Source of the DNA: a virus
IMG/VR virus record: IMGVR_UViG_3300018481_000020
Coordinates: 17,458 to 81,457 of that record
DNA: 64,000 nt
Reading direction: 5' to 3' (one strand)
Part shown: positions 43,340 to 53,996 of the stretch, piece after piece
How positions within the stretch are numbered: the first letter of the stretch is position 1
Layout of the letters: the number at the start of each line of letters is the position of its first letter
The notes under the pieces: generated by a model
What the model saw: the letters and a program-made list of their open reading frames with translations, nothing else
Databases searched by the model: none
Told to the model about the DNA's origin: nothing
Made by a program: the position numbers and the translations under genes

Positions 43340-46300
43340 ATGACTTCCCAGCCGGTGGAAGCCAACGTCGTACTGACCACTGACAACGCTCAGTATGACC
43401 AGGCGATGATGGGTTCGGCCCAGTCCACCGACGCGCTTGGGAAGTCCATCGACTCACTCGGTCAGAAGATCAACCAGCTCTCGAAGTCTGCCGGCAAGAA
43501 GCTGCTGACCTTTACTGCTGCCGACGTGGCCCTGATCGGTGGAGCCACCGCAGCCTTGTCCAGCTACGAGAAGCAGATGTCCCGGCTGCAGTCCCAGTCG
43601 GCCATCTTGTCCCGGACCAGTGACCAGCAGAACCGCACCATGAAGGACTACACCGGTGCGGTGAAAGGGTTGCGCAGCGAGTTTGGTACGACCACTGCTG
43701 AGGCAGCCAAGCTGGTGGGGACCCTGTCCAAGGTCACTGGCCTACGCCAGTCCCGGGACCTGGGTGAGCTCTCCAAGGTCTTCGTGGAGATGTCGCATGC
43801 CACCGGGGAGAGCAGCGAGGGCCTGGCCAACTCGCTGACCAACCTGCAGAAGATCATGGGCACGGAGATCAACTCCAAGAACACCCGCCAGTACGCCGAT
43901 ACCTTCACCTACCTGTCCTCTCAGACCAACATGAGTGCGACTGGACTGGCTGACTTCACCGCCCAGCTGGCTCCGATGGGTCGCTCCATCGGTATGAACG
44001 AGAAGCAGGTAGCCGGGTTCGCTACCGCCTTCACCCGAGCCGGATCAGAGGGCATGGGCGCTGCCACGGTCTTCACCAAGGTCACCGGTGACATCTCCAA
44101 GTCCCTGGCCAGTGGCTCCCCGGAGATCGCGCACTACGCGAACCTGATCGGGGTCACCAACAAGCAGTTCAAGTCGATGGATGGCGGTGAGCAGCTGCTT
44201 CGGATCATGGAGTCCATCTCCGCGATGGGTCCCCAGGCTGCTACCGAGCTGGAACGACTGGGCCTGGACGGCACCCGGTCGATGCGCGCAATCCAGGCTG
44301 TGATCAACGAGAAGGGCGGTATCCGAGAGGCCCTCGGCATGGCCGATGATCCCCGGGCCAGTGGTTCCTCACAGCGAGGCTCAGAGGCTTCCATGAAGTC
44401 GCTGAACGACGAGTACGACCATCTGCGGGAGAACCTGAAGCAGACCGCAGAGGCGATGGGCAGCTACTTCATGCCGGCGATGAACGCCTTCGTCAGCGGG
44501 ATGGTCGTGGCCACTCAGGCTGTCGAGAATCTCGCCGAAGGACCGCTGGGCGAGTTCACCGGAATGGTGATGCGGGTCATCGCTCCCCTTGCCGGCGGAG
44601 CTGGAGCGATGCTGCTCTTCGCCGGGGCCCTGCTCAAGATCGCTGGTGCCTTCACGCTGCTGCGGAACTCTGGTTCACGCGGAATCATGGAGGGCCTTCG
44701 TGGTGGGTCACGGATCGTCCAAGGGGCTGATGGTCGTTTCGCGGCTGCGGGTGGGGGCACCCTGGGTGTTCGCGGTGCCCAGATCGCTGAGCAAGGCACC
44801 TGGTTCCAGCGGGGCCTGTACAACACTGGTCAGGCCATCGGAGCTCCTCTCGCCGGCATCGGTAGTGGCTCACGCGAGGGCTGGATACGGGCCCGGCAAG
44901 CGGTCGACCCGAACTGGTCTCCTTCGGAGAGACGACGTGGTCCGCTCTCCTACCTGGCCGGCGGGCTGGGCCGGGGGATCGAGACCTTCGCCACCCCGTT
45001 GTGGGACCAGATGCGCTACGACGATCCGACGAAGCGCTCGACCTGGTTGGGCCGGCAGGCACCGTGGGCCAGCCTGAAGGACACGCAGAACCTGAGTAAG
45101 GCGATGGGCCAGACCGGGTTGGCTCAGGCGCAGTATCAGCTTCAGAAGTCTCAGGTGGGCCGGATCGAAGCGGACCCGATGCTCACCAATGCTCAGCGCA
45201 AGCAGCAGCTGGACAACGTCCGCCAGATCCAGGAAGAGACGAAGCAGCGGATCGACGCCGGCAAGGCGGCCGAGATAGCTGCACGCGACGAGATCGCCGC
45301 CAAGCGGACCAACACCGCAGAGACGGACAAGAACTCCAAGGGCTTCGGTCGTCTTACCCGAGCTGTCGGCGGCTTCACAGCAGGTATGGGTGGCGGTCTC
45401 TACGGCGCAGGAAAAGCCGGCGTCCAGGGAATCATGGCCTCCGGGATGGCCGGCCAGGCAGGCGGGATGGCTGCCACGGTCGCGGGCGGCGCGACAGGCT
45501 CACAGGCGCTGATGCTGGGCGGCACCGGCGCGATGATCGGCTCGATGGTCGCCCCCGGTATAGGGACTGCGGTCGGGGCCGGGATCGGCACTATTGCCGG
45601 ACTGGCCATGGACGCATCCGGGGCCAACGACAGCCTCACCGACTCGCTGAAGAACCTGGACGACCAGGCTGCTGAGGTCGCGAAGAGTGGCTCCGGGCTC
45701 AGCGATTTTCGCGAGGCCACCGCGAAGCACCGGGAGGAACTGGACAAGTTCGAGGCGAGTGTCGGATCCACCGCAGAAGGAAGGCGCGTTGACGAGTTCT
45801 GGAACGCCGCGCCGTCACTAGAGAAGTTCAAGCAGGCTCCCTCCACGGTGAAGAACTGGCTGGAGGGTGCGGTCGGCTCCTCTGATGTGGAAGAGGGAGA
45901 GAGGGAGGCACGCAAGCGAGAGGACAAGGCCCAGAGGTATGAGGTAACCGCGCGGGAGCTGGCCAAGACTGGCGGCGTCGACATCACAGGCACCCCGCAG
46001 CAGCAGCTCAAGCAGCTGGACGAGTTCATGTCCACCGAGGGCGCACAGATGCTGGATGACGCCAAGGTCGACTTCAAGGATCTAGCCGAAGCTAGCAAGA
46101 CCACAGGCTTCGTGTTCAACAACCCACTCCTGCCTGGTGCCCAGAAGGACAAGGGCAAGTCTCAGTACGACCTCTTCATGGAGAAGATCGAGGACCGACC
46201 GCTGGGCGAGACCGTGGAGGACCGGGTCGCGACCACACAGGGTGGCCGAGCGCTGATGGGCTCCGATGAGGTCAAGAAGTCGGTGCGGCTGCAGGGTGAT

Positions 46301-49282
46301 GTCGGAGCCTTCTACGACGCGACCAACCACCTCTTCACCACGCTGAAGGAATCCGGGTTGTCCAACCTGGAGATCCTGCGGCAGATGAAGCAGGCCACCC
46401 AGGACATCCGGGACGACAACAACCGTTACTCCGAGATCGCGGGACAGGTCGCGCTGAAGGCACAGCAGTCGCTGACCGCACAGGCTCCCGGTATGGGTCG
46501 AGCAGGTGCCTTCCAGCAACAGATCGACATCGGCAAGTCGATGATGAGCATCAAGCCGACGACTCCTCAGGGTCGTGAGGATATCGAGCAGGCGAAGCAG
46601 ATGACGGTCCAGGCGTTCCAGGACCAGGACGCCTACTTCCGGCAGCTGATCCTGGCCCAGCAGGCCTACGAACGAAATCGAGCCCGGGCACAGCAGGACT
46701 ACAGCATCCAGCGGTCCTACCAGGAGTACGACTTCCAGCTGAGTCGGGAACGTGCCGAGGAGAGCTTCAACCGGAACCGCGCTCGGGCAGTGGCCGACTA
46801 CTACCGCAACGTGCGACGGGCCCACTACGACTTCAACCTCCAGCGTCGCCGGCAGGAGCAGGACTTCAACCACCAGGTTGAGGTGATGACCAAGCAGCAG
46901 GCGATGAGCGTCTACAACATCTACGAGCGGGTGCAGGCACAGCGCACCTCCTCGGCGAACTGGCTGCTGTCCAATGCTGGTGACCAGCTCAAGCGGATGG
47001 AGGAGCAGGCAGCGAACCTCGACAAGCTCCGCAAGATGGGGGTCTCGACCAACGTCATCCAGCAGATGAAGCTGGATGACCCTCAGAACGCCCAGCAGCT
47101 GTCCCGGTTCGTCACCGAGCTCACGCCACAGATGATCCGGCAGTTCAACAAGGTGGCCGGTACCCAGCGACTGAAGGCGGCCAAGGAGCTGGTCACCGAC
47201 CCCTCCAGCCTGGAGTGGCGAGAGATGGTGCGCTCGCACCGGCAGTCGATGGACCGTGCTGCCATGGACATGCGCCGCACGATGCGGCAGGGCCGCCAGG
47301 ACTTCAGGCGCGGCCTGAAGGAGATGGACGAAGACTTCGACATCATGATGGAGGACCAGGCCGAGGACTACGTCACCAACATGAATCGGCAGGAGAAGCA
47401 GTACAAGCGGACCATGGACCAGGCCGCCGAGGACATGGGGCACATGGCCGATGAGGTGCTGGGCAGCATTACTGATGTCTTGGTGCAGGCCGGGGACAAG
47501 CTGACCGGAGCAGCCCAGACCCAGGCACGGCAGGCCCTGGCGGCCTTCAGGAACCTGAAGAACGAGGCCACGCCCGAGGCCGAAGCGCTGATGAAGGAGC
47601 TCTCCCAGGTCTTCGGGTTCAAGTACACGAGCCCACTGAAGGGCGGCGGAGATGGCAACCGTGGACAACCCGCCAGCCCTCGATCAATCAGCCCTGCGAA
47701 CAGGGCTGCTGGTGGTGTGCTGCCGGGGTACACCCCTGGCGTAGACGTGCATCACTTCACCTCCAAGACAGCTGGCGATCTGAACCTCTCCGGTGGTGAG
47801 GCGGTGATGGTCCCGGAGTGGACCAAGGCTGTCGGCGGCAAGGGTGCTGTCGATGATATGAACCGGAAGGCGCGGGGTGCTCCGGGCAGGTCCTACCTTC
47901 AGGGCCCTGCCTTCGCCCAAGGTGGTGTCTGGCACCCCGGTAGGCGGTCCTCGGACGCGGCGGACACCCTGGACAGGGCCTGGGACATCAACTCGCCCGG
48001 CGGCACGGGCACCCCCGTGCGGGCGTTCCTGGACGGCATCGTGACCAGGGCGGTTCGGCAACTGACCTCCTACGGTAACTACGCGATGATCAACCACCAG
48101 GCGGCGAACCTGCAGACTCTCTATGCGCACATGTCGAAGCTGTACGTGCGAGCGGGTCAGCACGTCGACCGGGGCGAGATGATCGGTCGTGAAGGCTCTG
48201 TGGGTAACTCATCCGGTCCACACCTTCACTTCGAGATCGGTGGTGGACAGAGCGCCATCCGACGTGCGGGTACTGGCGGCAGCTGGGCTGGAGGCGGTGG
48301 TGGCGGAATGACCACGGGCCAGATCGTCCAGAGCGTTCTCAAGACGCTCTACCCGAAGTCCGAGCGTGCTGCCAAGGCGATGGACGGCGTGCACCCACTG
48401 TGGCCAGGTGACATCTCGGAGGTGATCAACCGGCTGGCCAAGAAGAAGATCGGCAAGCTGATCGAGAAGTACGGAGCACCTGGCGGCGATTCTGGATACG
48501 GTCTGGCCGGTCTGCCGTCGGGAGCCAGGTTCAGTGCCAATGCCAAGGGTGTCTGGGATGCGCTACGAGCTGTCGGGTTCAACAAGATCCACACCGCCGG
48601 AATCATGGGCAACATGCTGCACGAGTCTGGCTTCGACCCGCACATCATCCAGGGCGGCGGCCACTCGATGAACCCAGGCGATGCCGGGAGTGGTGGCTAC
48701 GGGCTGGTGCAGTGGACACCCGGTCGCAAGCTGACCCCGTACCTGCACGGGAAGCTACCGACAGTGGCCACCGAGGTCAACGCACTGGCAGCACAGCTGT
48801 CTGGTAGGGGCTCATCTCCAGAAGGCGCAGCGGGTGCAGCCCTGCGTGCTACCCGGACAGTCCCTGCGGCCACCATCGCGTTCGAGACGAAATACGAGCG
48901 GCACGCGGATCCACCGATCCAGCCGGGGCGACAAAGAGATGCGCAAGCTTTCTACCGCCGGTATGCAGCCGATGGTGCGGTCGTCAGCGGCGCTCAGCAG
49001 ATGACGGTGGGTGAGGCCGGCCCGGAGGCAGTGATCCCGCTGAACGACCGGGGCGCGAACTTCATGAGAGATGTGATGGCCTCGACTATGGGTGGGCGCG
49101 GCGTCACTCCGGCTCTGGGCGCAGGAACGAACGTCTACAACACCTCCATCGACCGGTCCACCAACTTCACCGGTGCGATCACGGTCCAGGCCAACAACCC
49201 CCAGGAGCTGATCGGAAAGCTGAAGGCACGCCAGCGCGTGATGGCCCTGAGTCGCCCGTCACTGACAGGATCGGCAGCATGA
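43340..49282 (+). CDS. tape measure protein with M23-like and tail-lysozyme domains
   Basis: 1980 aa helical protein; YGNY...YAHM...HLHFE; AGIMGN...ESG...GYGLVQWT...FE..YER. Confidence 0.92.
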   Translation: MTSQPVEANVVLTTDNAQYDQAMMGSAQSTDALGKSIDSLGQKINQLSKSAGKKLLTFTAADVALIGGATAALSSYEKQMSRLQSQSAILSRTSDQQNRTMKDYTGAVKGLRSEFGTTTAEAAKLVGTLSKVTGLRQSRDLGELSKVFVEMSHATGESSEGLANSLTNLQKIMGTEINSKNTRQYADTFTYLSSQTNMSATGLADFTAQLAPMGRSIGMNEKQVAGFATAFTRAGSEGMGAATVFTKVTGDISKSLASGSPEIAHYANLIGVTNKQFKSMDGGEQLLRIMESISAMGPQAATELERLGLDGTRSMRAIQAVINEKGGIREALGMADDPRASGSSQRGSEASMKSLNDEYDHLRENLKQTAEAMGSYFMPAMNAFVSGMVVATQAVENLAEGPLGEFTGMVMRVIAPLAGGAGAMLLFAGALLKIAGAFTLLRNSGSRGIMEGLRGGSRIVQGADGRFAAAGGGTLGVRGAQIAEQGTWFQRGLYNTGQAIGAPLAGIGSGSREGWIRARQAVDPNWSPSERRRGPLSYLAGGLGRGIETFATPLWDQMRYDDPTKRSTWLGRQAPWASLKDTQNLSKAMGQTGLAQAQYQLQKSQVGRIEADPMLTNAQRKQQLDNVRQIQEETKQRIDAGKAAEIAARDEIAAKRTNTAETDKNSKGFGRLTRAVGGFTAGMGGGLYGAGKAGVQGIMASGMAGQAGGMAATVAGGATGSQALMLGGTGAMIGSMVAPGIGTAVGAGIGTIAGLAMDASGANDSLTDSLKNLDDQAAEVAKSGSGLSDFREATAKHREELDKFEASVGSTAEGRRVDEFWNAAPSLEKFKQAPSTVKNWLEGAVGSSDVEEGEREARKREDKAQRYEVTARELAKTGGVDITGTPQQQLKQLDEFMSTEGAQMLDDAKVDFKDLAEASKTTGFVFNNPLLPGAQKDKGKSQYDLFMEKIEDRPLGETVEDRVATTQGGRALMGSDEVKKSVRLQGDVGAFYDATNHLFTTLKESGLSNLEILRQMKQATQDIRDDNNRYSEIAGQVALKAQQSLTAQAPGMGRAGAFQQQIDIGKSMMSIKPTTPQGREDIEQAKQMTVQAFQDQDAYFRQLILAQQAYERNRARAQQDYSIQRSYQEYDFQLSRERAEESFNRNRARAVADYYRNVRRAHYDFNLQRRRQEQDFNHQVEVMTKQQAMSVYNIYERVQAQRTSSANWLLSNAGDQLKRMEEQAANLDKLRKMGVSTNVIQQMKLDDPQNAQQLSRFVTELTPQMIRQFNKVAGTQRLKAAKELVTDPSSLEWREMVRSHRQSMDRAAMDMRRTMRQGRQDFRRGLKEMDEDFDIMMEDQAEDYVTNMNRQEKQYKRTMDQAAEDMGHMADEVLGSITDVLVQAGDKLTGAAQTQARQALAAFRNLKNEATPEAEALMKELSQVFGFKYTSPLKGGGDGNRGQPASPRSISPANRAAGGVLPGYTPGVDVHHFTSKTAGDLNLSGGEAVMVPEWTKAVGGKGAVDDMNRKARGAPGRSYLQGPAFAQGGVWHPGRRSSDAADTLDRAWDINSPGGTGTPVRAFLDGIVTRAVRQLTSYGNYAMINHQAANLQTLYAHMSKLYVRAGQHVDRGEMIGREGSVGNSSGPHLHFEIGGGQSAIRRAGTGGSWAGGGGGGMTTGQIVQSVLKTLYPKSERAAKAMDGVHPLWPGDISEVINRLAKKKIGKLIEKYGAPGGDSGYGLAGLPSGARFSANAKGVWDALRAVGFNKIHTAGIMGNMLHESGFDPHIIQGGGHSMNPGDAGSGGYGLVQWTPGRKLTPYLHGKLPTVATEVNALAAQLSGRGSSPEGAAGAALRATRTVPAATIAFETKYERHADPPIQPGRQRDAQAFYRRYAADGAVVSGAQQMTVGEAGPEAVIPLNDRGANFMRDVMASTMGGRGVTPALGAGTNVYNTSIDRSTNFTGAITVQANNPQELIGKLKARQRVMALSRPSLTGSAA

Positions 49283-49743
49283 GGAACACTGCGGCAGTCA
49301 AGACCGGGCTGGACTACATGGCCGCAGAGATCTCCTACGGCACTAGGTGGGTCAACCTCAACGACCAGGAGGTCTACAAGATCGGGGCGGAGCAGACCCG
49401 GGACTCCACTGCTAAGACCTGGCGCAAGGTGACTGCGGAGTCTCCGATCCTGGGTGGCAACTACCTGATCCACGCGGTCCCGGACATGGTCCAGGAGCAC
49501 ATCTCCGTCTGGGTCTACGGTCAGACCCAGACCGAGGTCAGCGACAACCTGTTCGGTCTGGTGGACCTGTTCGAGCAGTACGACTTCCGGATCCGGTGGA
49601 CCTTCGATGAGTACCGGGAGTACTGGCGTTGCCAGCTGGCTGATGCCACCTACTCCCGAAGCAACATCTGGACGCACAGCCTGATGGCCAAGGCCGACTT
49701 CGCCGTGCCGAGATACCCCGATGTGACCAGGGAACGAATCTGA
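49279..49743 (+). CDS. minor tail protein (distal-tail-like)
   Basis: Directly follows the tape measure gene; coupled. Confidence 0.6.
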   Translation: MRNTAAVKTGLDYMAAEISYGTRWVNLNDQEVYKIGAEQTRDSTAKTWRKVTAESPILGGNYLIHAVPDMVQEHISVWVYGQTQTEVSDNLFGLVDLFEQYDFRIRWTFDEYREYWRCQLADATYSRSNIWTHSLMAKADFAVPRYPDVTRERI

Positions 49744-50183
49744 TGGGGGGTCAACTCACCATCTGGGGTGCCAGCCAGCTCCTGATGTCCTACTTCTCCA
49801 AGACCGTGGAGGCACCCCCGGACCTGTACCTGGCCCTGATCAGGGTGATCGCGCCCACCCCCTACGTCTCCGGATCCGAGCTGGATGAACCAACCAACAC
49901 CGACTACGCCCGGGTCGCGATCCCCAACGACCTGGATGCCTGGATGAACGAGTCCCAGCCCCAGGAGGTGCACAACCTGGAGCCAGTGGAGTTCATCACC
50001 GCAGTGTCCGACTGGGGTGAGGTCCGCTACTGGGCGCTGTGCAATGCCGAGGTGGATGGCTACAGCCTGCTCGTCGGAGAGCTGGAAACCCCCATGGTGG
50101 TCTCCACCGGAGACCAGGTCGTGATCGAGGAGGGTGACCTGAGCGTGGCCCTGGGCCCGTTCTTCCTGGTCGAGGAGGAGTAA
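49743..50183 (+). CDS. minor tail protein
   Basis: LYLAL...E.....YARV...N...F......WG...WAL...GD; paralog of 20814 and 53410. Confidence 0.7.
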   Translation: MGGQLTIWGASQLLMSYFSKTVEAPPDLYLALIRVIAPTPYVSGSELDEPTNTDYARVAIPNDLDAWMNESQPQEVHNLEPVEFITAVSDWGEVRYWALCNAEVDGYSLLVGELETPMVVSTGDQVVIEEGDLSVALGPFFLVEEE

Positions 50184-51161
50184 ATGGCTGTGATCAAGGT
50201 GGTCCCAGGACGCACCGAGGTCCAGCTGGTGGCCCACAACCGAGCCAGCTGGGTGCCGCCCCTCCTCAAGGACGTGCCCGGCGGGCTGTACCCGTTGATG
50301 AGCGCGGCCTTCGAGGTCGACGAGTACCGGATCCTGGATGGCTGGCCGGTGCCGGTCCCGGAGTTCGACATCTGCGTCAACGTGCTGGTCAGTGCCGAGG
50401 GAGACGCGCTGGGCAACCGGGACGAGCCGACCGCGCTGACCACGAATGCGGACATGCGCTGGATCGCAGACTCGAACTACTACGACCAGACCTCGTTGAC
50501 CTGGACCCCGATCCAGTCCGATGCACCACCGTGGACCACCACCCCGGAGCACGCGCCCTCGCTGATCAGTGACTACGAGTACCGGATCGGGGACGAGCGG
50601 TTCGTGGACATGACCGCGCTGAACTTCGACTCCAACACGGCTGACTACATGTGGAACGACCTGGGCCTGTACATGGGCGGGGTCGAGGGCTACACGGTGG
50701 TGATGGTGCTCTGCCCGAACTCGATCTACGGCAATGACCCAACGGTGATCGACAACGGCCTGTGGGGACCGGCCAGCACTGAAGGTGCCTGGCACACCTT
50801 CACCGTCCGGGACCAGGCAGTGTGCATGACCACCGAGCTGAACCCGGAGCAGAAGGGAGTCTCCATCGGGAACGCGCTGGCCTCCACCGCGCCCACCTTC
50901 CTGGCGATGGTGATCGGTAGGCCTCAGACGACGCTGTACGCCGGTCCAGGGCCTTCCAACCTGGTGGTGAAGTCATTGCCCTCCGGAGTGGCTCCCACGC
51001 CGCTGAGCACCCATTTCTGGCTCGGGAACGCGCCTTCCTCAGCGACCGGGACCATGGACATGGCGCTGCTCGACCTGGGCATCTATGGCGGGCCGCTGAC
51101 CAGCTCCGAGGTGGTCACCGAGTTCGCTGCGCTGAGCTCGATCTACGGCGGTGATACGTGA
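50184..51161 (+). CDS. minor tail protein (LamG/ConA-like fold possible)
   Basis: Beta-rich; C-terminal LG.......D..IY...LT..EV. Confidence 0.6.
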   Translation: MAVIKVVPGRTEVQLVAHNRASWVPPLLKDVPGGLYPLMSAAFEVDEYRILDGWPVPVPEFDICVNVLVSAEGDALGNRDEPTALTTNADMRWIADSNYYDQTSLTWTPIQSDAPPWTTTPEHAPSLISDYEYRIGDERFVDMTALNFDSNTADYMWNDLGLYMGGVEGYTVVMVLCPNSIYGNDPTVIDNGLWGPASTEGAWHTFTVRDQAVCMTTELNPEQKGVSIGNALASTAPTFLAMVIGRPQTTLYAGPGPSNLVVKSLPSGVAPTPLSTHFWLGNAPSSATGTMDMALLDLGIYGGPLTSSEVVTEFAALSSIYGGDT

Positions 51162-53410
51162 AGTCCCTGACCGCCTATCCATCCGAGCAGCAGCCGCTGG
51201 GCTACTTCCGGATCTTCGTCCGGCCTCCCGGCGGCTATCGGCGCGAGATCACCGTGTTCCGTGGTGCTCCGGTCCGGGTGGATGGAGTGACCACCCAGGA
51301 CCCGTTCACCGACGTGACCGCCAGCCTGGCGCTGCCTCAAGTCACCGTCTTCGACACTCCCGGTGAGGGAGACCTGGGCTGGCTGGTGCCGGACACCGAT
51401 GTCGACATCGTGTTCCAGAACGTGGGGGACTATGAGTTCGACTGGCGCTGGGAGGGCTACATCGCCTCCTACAACTTCAGCCTGTCCGGTGCTGACTCTG
51501 CCTACAACATTGACCTGAAGGGAGCCTTCTTCGGGTTGGACGACTACCTGGCCATCCCGCAGTTCCCGAAGCGACCGATCCCGTACGAGATCCTGATGGC
51601 CCAGGCCTTCGACCAGACTGAGCACCCGGCGCACCTGGGCAAGTTCCGGATCCTGTTCCCGGCCGACTGGTCGCTACGAGTGCCACCGTTCAAGGATCCG
51701 ACCTATTTGAGCATGCTGAAGCCCTGGGGGATCGCCACCGATCACCTCTGGACCGGGTTCACTGCCCGCAACACCGGGTCCTGGGAGCCGCTGCTCTCCG
51801 GTTTCGTACAGAGTCTGCTGACCGTGATGTTCGCCGAAGGTGGTTCCCAGTGGAGCATCCGGAACCGGGGCAACCGCCGGCCCGAGCTGTACCTGCGTCG
51901 GATCCCGGAGGCCGACAGCGACAGGATCGTCGAGATCCATCTCGGAGCTCCTGGGGTGATCATTGACGGCAGTCGAGACTTTACCCAGCGTGCCGGGGTG
52001 ATCTTCGGGTCCGGAGCAGACGAGGCCGGCATCACCTACTCCAACATCGAGGTCTCCCCAGACGGTCGACGGACCTACTACAAGCCGTACGCCTACTCCC
52101 CACGGATGTGGCCACGGAAGTCCAACCCGAACTTCGACAAGCGGTTGAAGCCCAAGGAGACGATGGTCCGGTTCCAGGACGGTGTCGATGAGGTCTCCGC
52201 GATGAAGATCGCCCAGGGCCAGTACCAGCGGTTCGCGGAGCCGGGGATCACCGGATCGATCACGCTGACCACCGATCCTCGGCTGAGCTCGGGGGAGCTG
52301 ATGCCCCGGCTGCTGATCAAGGGTGGGATGACGATCCGGATCAACGGCCTGTTCGGAGTCCGGGAGGGAGTGCTGGCACATGTCACCCAGGCTGTTGCGG
52401 ACTTCAACGGGCTGACCATGTCGCTGACCTTCGACACCAAGTACCGCGACCAGCTGACCGTGGAGGAGGTCCGGGCCCGCACCCGGGACGCGCTCACCCC
52501 GATGCGGGCGCTGCAGATCGGCAAGTACTCAAACACCATCCAGGATCTGATCCTGCCGTGGTCCTACAAGGCAGGCTCCGGGGTGGTGCCGACGCCGGCG
52601 AAGGCGTTCTTCGCCGAGAAGCTGCCGGCCGATGCCACCTTCCCGTACGAGACGTGGACCCGGCTGTACCCACCGAAGAACCCCTCCTACAAGTCCTGGT
52701 ACATCGAGATCGGTAAGACCCATACCAGCAACTCCAACAACAACTGGAGCTCGATGAAGCGCGGCGGGATCGCCACCGCCTCGATCCCGATCCGGATGGG
52801 TCAGGCTGGCACGATCCGGCTCACCCAGATAGCTGCTTACGACAAGGACGGCAACGTGCTGCCGGTGAAGTTCCATGTCAGCCTGTACTACGTGAACTCG
52901 GTAGCAGTGGACTCGATGCCGCAGTTCCCGGGTGCGCGCGGCAGTGAGGACTTCCCGGACTACCTCGCGGCCCGCAAGATCGCTGTCAAGGGTGCAACCA
53001 TCATCCCGACCACCTTCCAGACGGCGCTGGGGCAGAAGGCCCAGACACACCCGTTCTACAAGGGTGCCTTCGAGACCGTGCAGCCCGACGGCACTCACTT
53101 CCCCTGGGGCGCGGATGTCCAGCTGGCCGATGAGTCCCAGGTCGTTGGCTGGGGCAACTACTACGAGCCGGCCGGCTACTCCCCGGGCCGATTCTCCAAG
53201 GGTGCCGCGCGCACCGGGCTGCTGGAGGACGCCACTCCCTGGGGTTGGGACCTGACCGGGCCCGGGAACCTGAACCTGGACAAGCCGGCCGACAACGCCA
53301 AGGAGGAGTACGCCGGATGCTTGTTCATCATGATCTACTGCCAAGACCAGTTCGATGAGTCGGTGTTCTTTATGGGTCGCTTCATTCGACAAGAACCAGG
53401 ACAGAGCTGA
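51158..53410 (+). CDS. minor tail / baseplate hub protein
   Basis: 750 aa ORF in the tail-tip module. Confidence 0.7.
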   Translation: MKSLTAYPSEQQPLGYFRIFVRPPGGYRREITVFRGAPVRVDGVTTQDPFTDVTASLALPQVTVFDTPGEGDLGWLVPDTDVDIVFQNVGDYEFDWRWEGYIASYNFSLSGADSAYNIDLKGAFFGLDDYLAIPQFPKRPIPYEILMAQAFDQTEHPAHLGKFRILFPADWSLRVPPFKDPTYLSMLKPWGIATDHLWTGFTARNTGSWEPLLSGFVQSLLTVMFAEGGSQWSIRNRGNRRPELYLRRIPEADSDRIVEIHLGAPGVIIDGSRDFTQRAGVIFGSGADEAGITYSNIEVSPDGRRTYYKPYAYSPRMWPRKSNPNFDKRLKPKETMVRFQDGVDEVSAMKIAQGQYQRFAEPGITGSITLTTDPRLSSGELMPRLLIKGGMTIRINGLFGVREGVLAHVTQAVADFNGLTMSLTFDTKYRDQLTVEEVRARTRDALTPMRALQIGKYSNTIQDLILPWSYKAGSGVVPTPAKAFFAEKLPADATFPYETWTRLYPPKNPSYKSWYIEIGKTHTSNSNNNWSSMKRGGIATASIPIRMGQAGTIRLTQIAAYDKDGNVLPVKFHVSLYYVNSVAVDSMPQFPGARGSEDFPDYLAARKIAVKGATIIPTTFQTALGQKAQTHPFYKGAFETVQPDGTHFPWGADVQLADESQVVGWGNYYEPAGYSPGRFSKGAARTGLLEDATPWGWDLTGPGNLNLDKPADNAKEEYAGCLFIMIYCQDQFDESVFFMGRFIRQEPGQS

Positions 53411-53772
53411 TGGACAACAGCATCACTGACGAGCAGGCGCACAACTGGCTCCAGGAGATAGCGGAGAGTGGCTGGGTCAGTCTGCACTTCGACAACCCCG
53501 CGCTCGGTGGTGAGGATCGTGCAGAGATCTCCGGTGGTGCCTACGCCCGGTACAAGATGGTCTGGACCCGGCCCAACAACCGAGCGATCTGGTCCTTGGC
53601 CGACGCCAGGTACACCGGACTGCAGCAGACCAAGATCACCTACTTCGGAGTCTGGAACGCCGGGGTCAAGGGGTTCCTACGTGCCTACGGAGAACTGCCC
53701 AACCCCGCCATGATCCTGAACGGCAAGGGCTACGTCCTGCACGCTGGATTGATCGCGATCAGCTTCGGCTGA
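53410..53772 (+). CDS. minor tail protein
   Basis: VSLH..NP.....EISGG.YAR...ITYFGVW.A..G; paralog of 20814 and 49743. Confidence 0.7.
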   Translation: MDNSITDEQAHNWLQEIAESGWVSLHFDNPALGGEDRAEISGGAYARYKMVWTRPNNRAIWSLADARYTGLQQTKITYFGVWNAGVKGFLRAYGELPNPAMILNGKGYVLHAGLIAISFG

Positions 53773-53787
53773 CCTGTTTTTGGGCAT

Positions 53788-53848
53788 AAAAAAAGGACCT
53801 AGAGTCCCCGACTCCCCTCCGAAGAGGAGAGCCGGGGGCTCTAGGTCT
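53788..53848 (-). terminator. long intrinsic terminator (cUUCGg loop)
   Basis: ~24-bp stem with G-U pairs on the minus strand, followed by T7. Confidence 0.8.
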
Positions 53849-53990
53849 GGGGCGATCACCCCGGGTAGTCCGCTGCCTGGTCTGGCTAGACGAACGGGTC
53901 CTGCGTGATCCAGAGGACCATACTTACTGTTGAACCAGTGTGGACCCTTCTAAATCGGGGTGACCTAGTGTGATACGCACCTATCACACT
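53788..53990 (-). ncRNA. candidate structured ncRNA (~200 nt)
   Basis: Bounded by TGnTATAAT and a terminator; nested helices; only an 11-codon ORF inside. Confidence 0.55.
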
Positions 53991-53996
53991 ACATTC

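Noticed and set aside
53896-53947. tRNA (GGGUCC...GUUCAA...GGACCC)
   Set aside because: Too short, only two inner arms, GUUC in the wrong position and no anticodon arm or CCA. Retained only as part of the ncRNA candidate.
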